DNA of 64,000 nucleotides from Chiloscyllium plagiosum (Eukaryota), in the NCBI RefSeq assembly GCF_004010195.1, contig NC_057750.1:8098084-8162083 (forward strand). The letters run 5' to 3'. Shown here in pieces: positions 63,290-64,000 of this stretch. The position numbers were made by a program, and so were the translations under genes. Below the pieces are notes generated by a model, which saw only the letters and a list, made by a program, of their open reading frames with translations, was not told the DNA's origin and did not search any database. Position 1 is the first letter of the stretch. Every line of letters starts with the position of its first letter.

Positions 63290-64000
63290 ACACGCACTCC
63301 TACATACCCATGCACCCATGCATACCGCCCCCCTCCTGTATGCACACGCATACATCCCCCGCACATTCTCCAACACTTGCATCCTCTTACACACACCCCA
63401 TCACACACATTTAATGAAGCTCTTGCTCACACTCATGTATATTTTATTTATATAGATGTGTATTACACACTCTACCACATGCACTCACCCACACACTCAC
63501 ATGCACACTCAATCTGTCACTCCTACATGCATACACACATAAGCTTTTGGGGTGAATTTGTTTTTCCAGAATTGCATTTTATTTTGCTCAAAAATTGCAT
63601 GAACCCTTGTAAAACTGTAAAGTTATACAGACATTTGTCACTCTGACACAGACTTCACACCTATTGTTTAAAAACCTGAGCTAACTTAATGTAATTTAAA
63701 AGCAGCTCTGGGGTTTACATATCAAAGAACAGAAACCAGCATATCCCATCATAAAAGATGAAAGTTTTAACCTAAGATTATTTATAGTATCACATCTCCA
63801 TGACACTGGACTCCTTTGGCTATAAATTCTGTGAGCATGATCTTATTCTCCACAACCACCCGTTAGAGGTCATGATTTGGAGATGCCTATGTTTGTCTGG
63901 GGTGTACAAAGTATAAAAATCACACAACACCAGGTTATAGTCCAACAGGTTTAATTGGAAGAGCTAGCTTTTGGAGCGCTGCTCCTTCATCAGGTGGTTG
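63290..64000. mobile_element. Family B PLE-like 3' region with inverted terminal segment and hammerhead-like motif (cut by window end)
   Basis: CA-rich tract, then ...ccacaaccacc (63850-63860). The window end reads on the minus strand caaccacCTGATGAaGGAGCagcGCTCCaAAAGCTAg. Confidence 0.7.

Noticed and set aside
55481..64000. Next ARHGAP35 exon (expected LSTEGIYRVSG-like)
   Set aside because: Not found by eye; it probably lies beyond the window.
1..64000. CRISPR arrays, operons or other prokaryotic systems
   Set aside because: The sequence is spliced vertebrate DNA with no regularly spaced repeat-spacer array.

Overview
Vertebrate genomic DNA, most likely a shark (inferred from the repeat families). 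The window covers part of ARHGAP35 (p190A RhoGAP/GRLF1) on the + strand: the giant first coding exon (15878-19770, ATG at 16060), a ~35.6 kb intron, and the next 145-nt coding exon (55336-55480). The rest is intronic and rich in decayed repeats: CR1 LINE fragments, a Rex1/Babar-like fragment, tRNA-derived SINEs, solo-LTR-like elements, Tc1/mariner-type MITEs and Penelope-like elements (PLEs). The most notable signal is about a dozen minimal hammerhead-ribozyme motifs (CUGANGA-stem II-GAAA-short palindrome) from three distinct PLE-related families. Several sit in short fold-back insertions flanked by 14-18 bp target-site duplications. Also seen: four uORFs and a possible second splice acceptor in the 5' UTR, an AATAAA overlapping the read-through stop after the giant exon, an exact 65-nt local duplication, and a 222-nt N gap. 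Family names and human comparisons come from recall, not database searches. Repeat boundaries are approximate.
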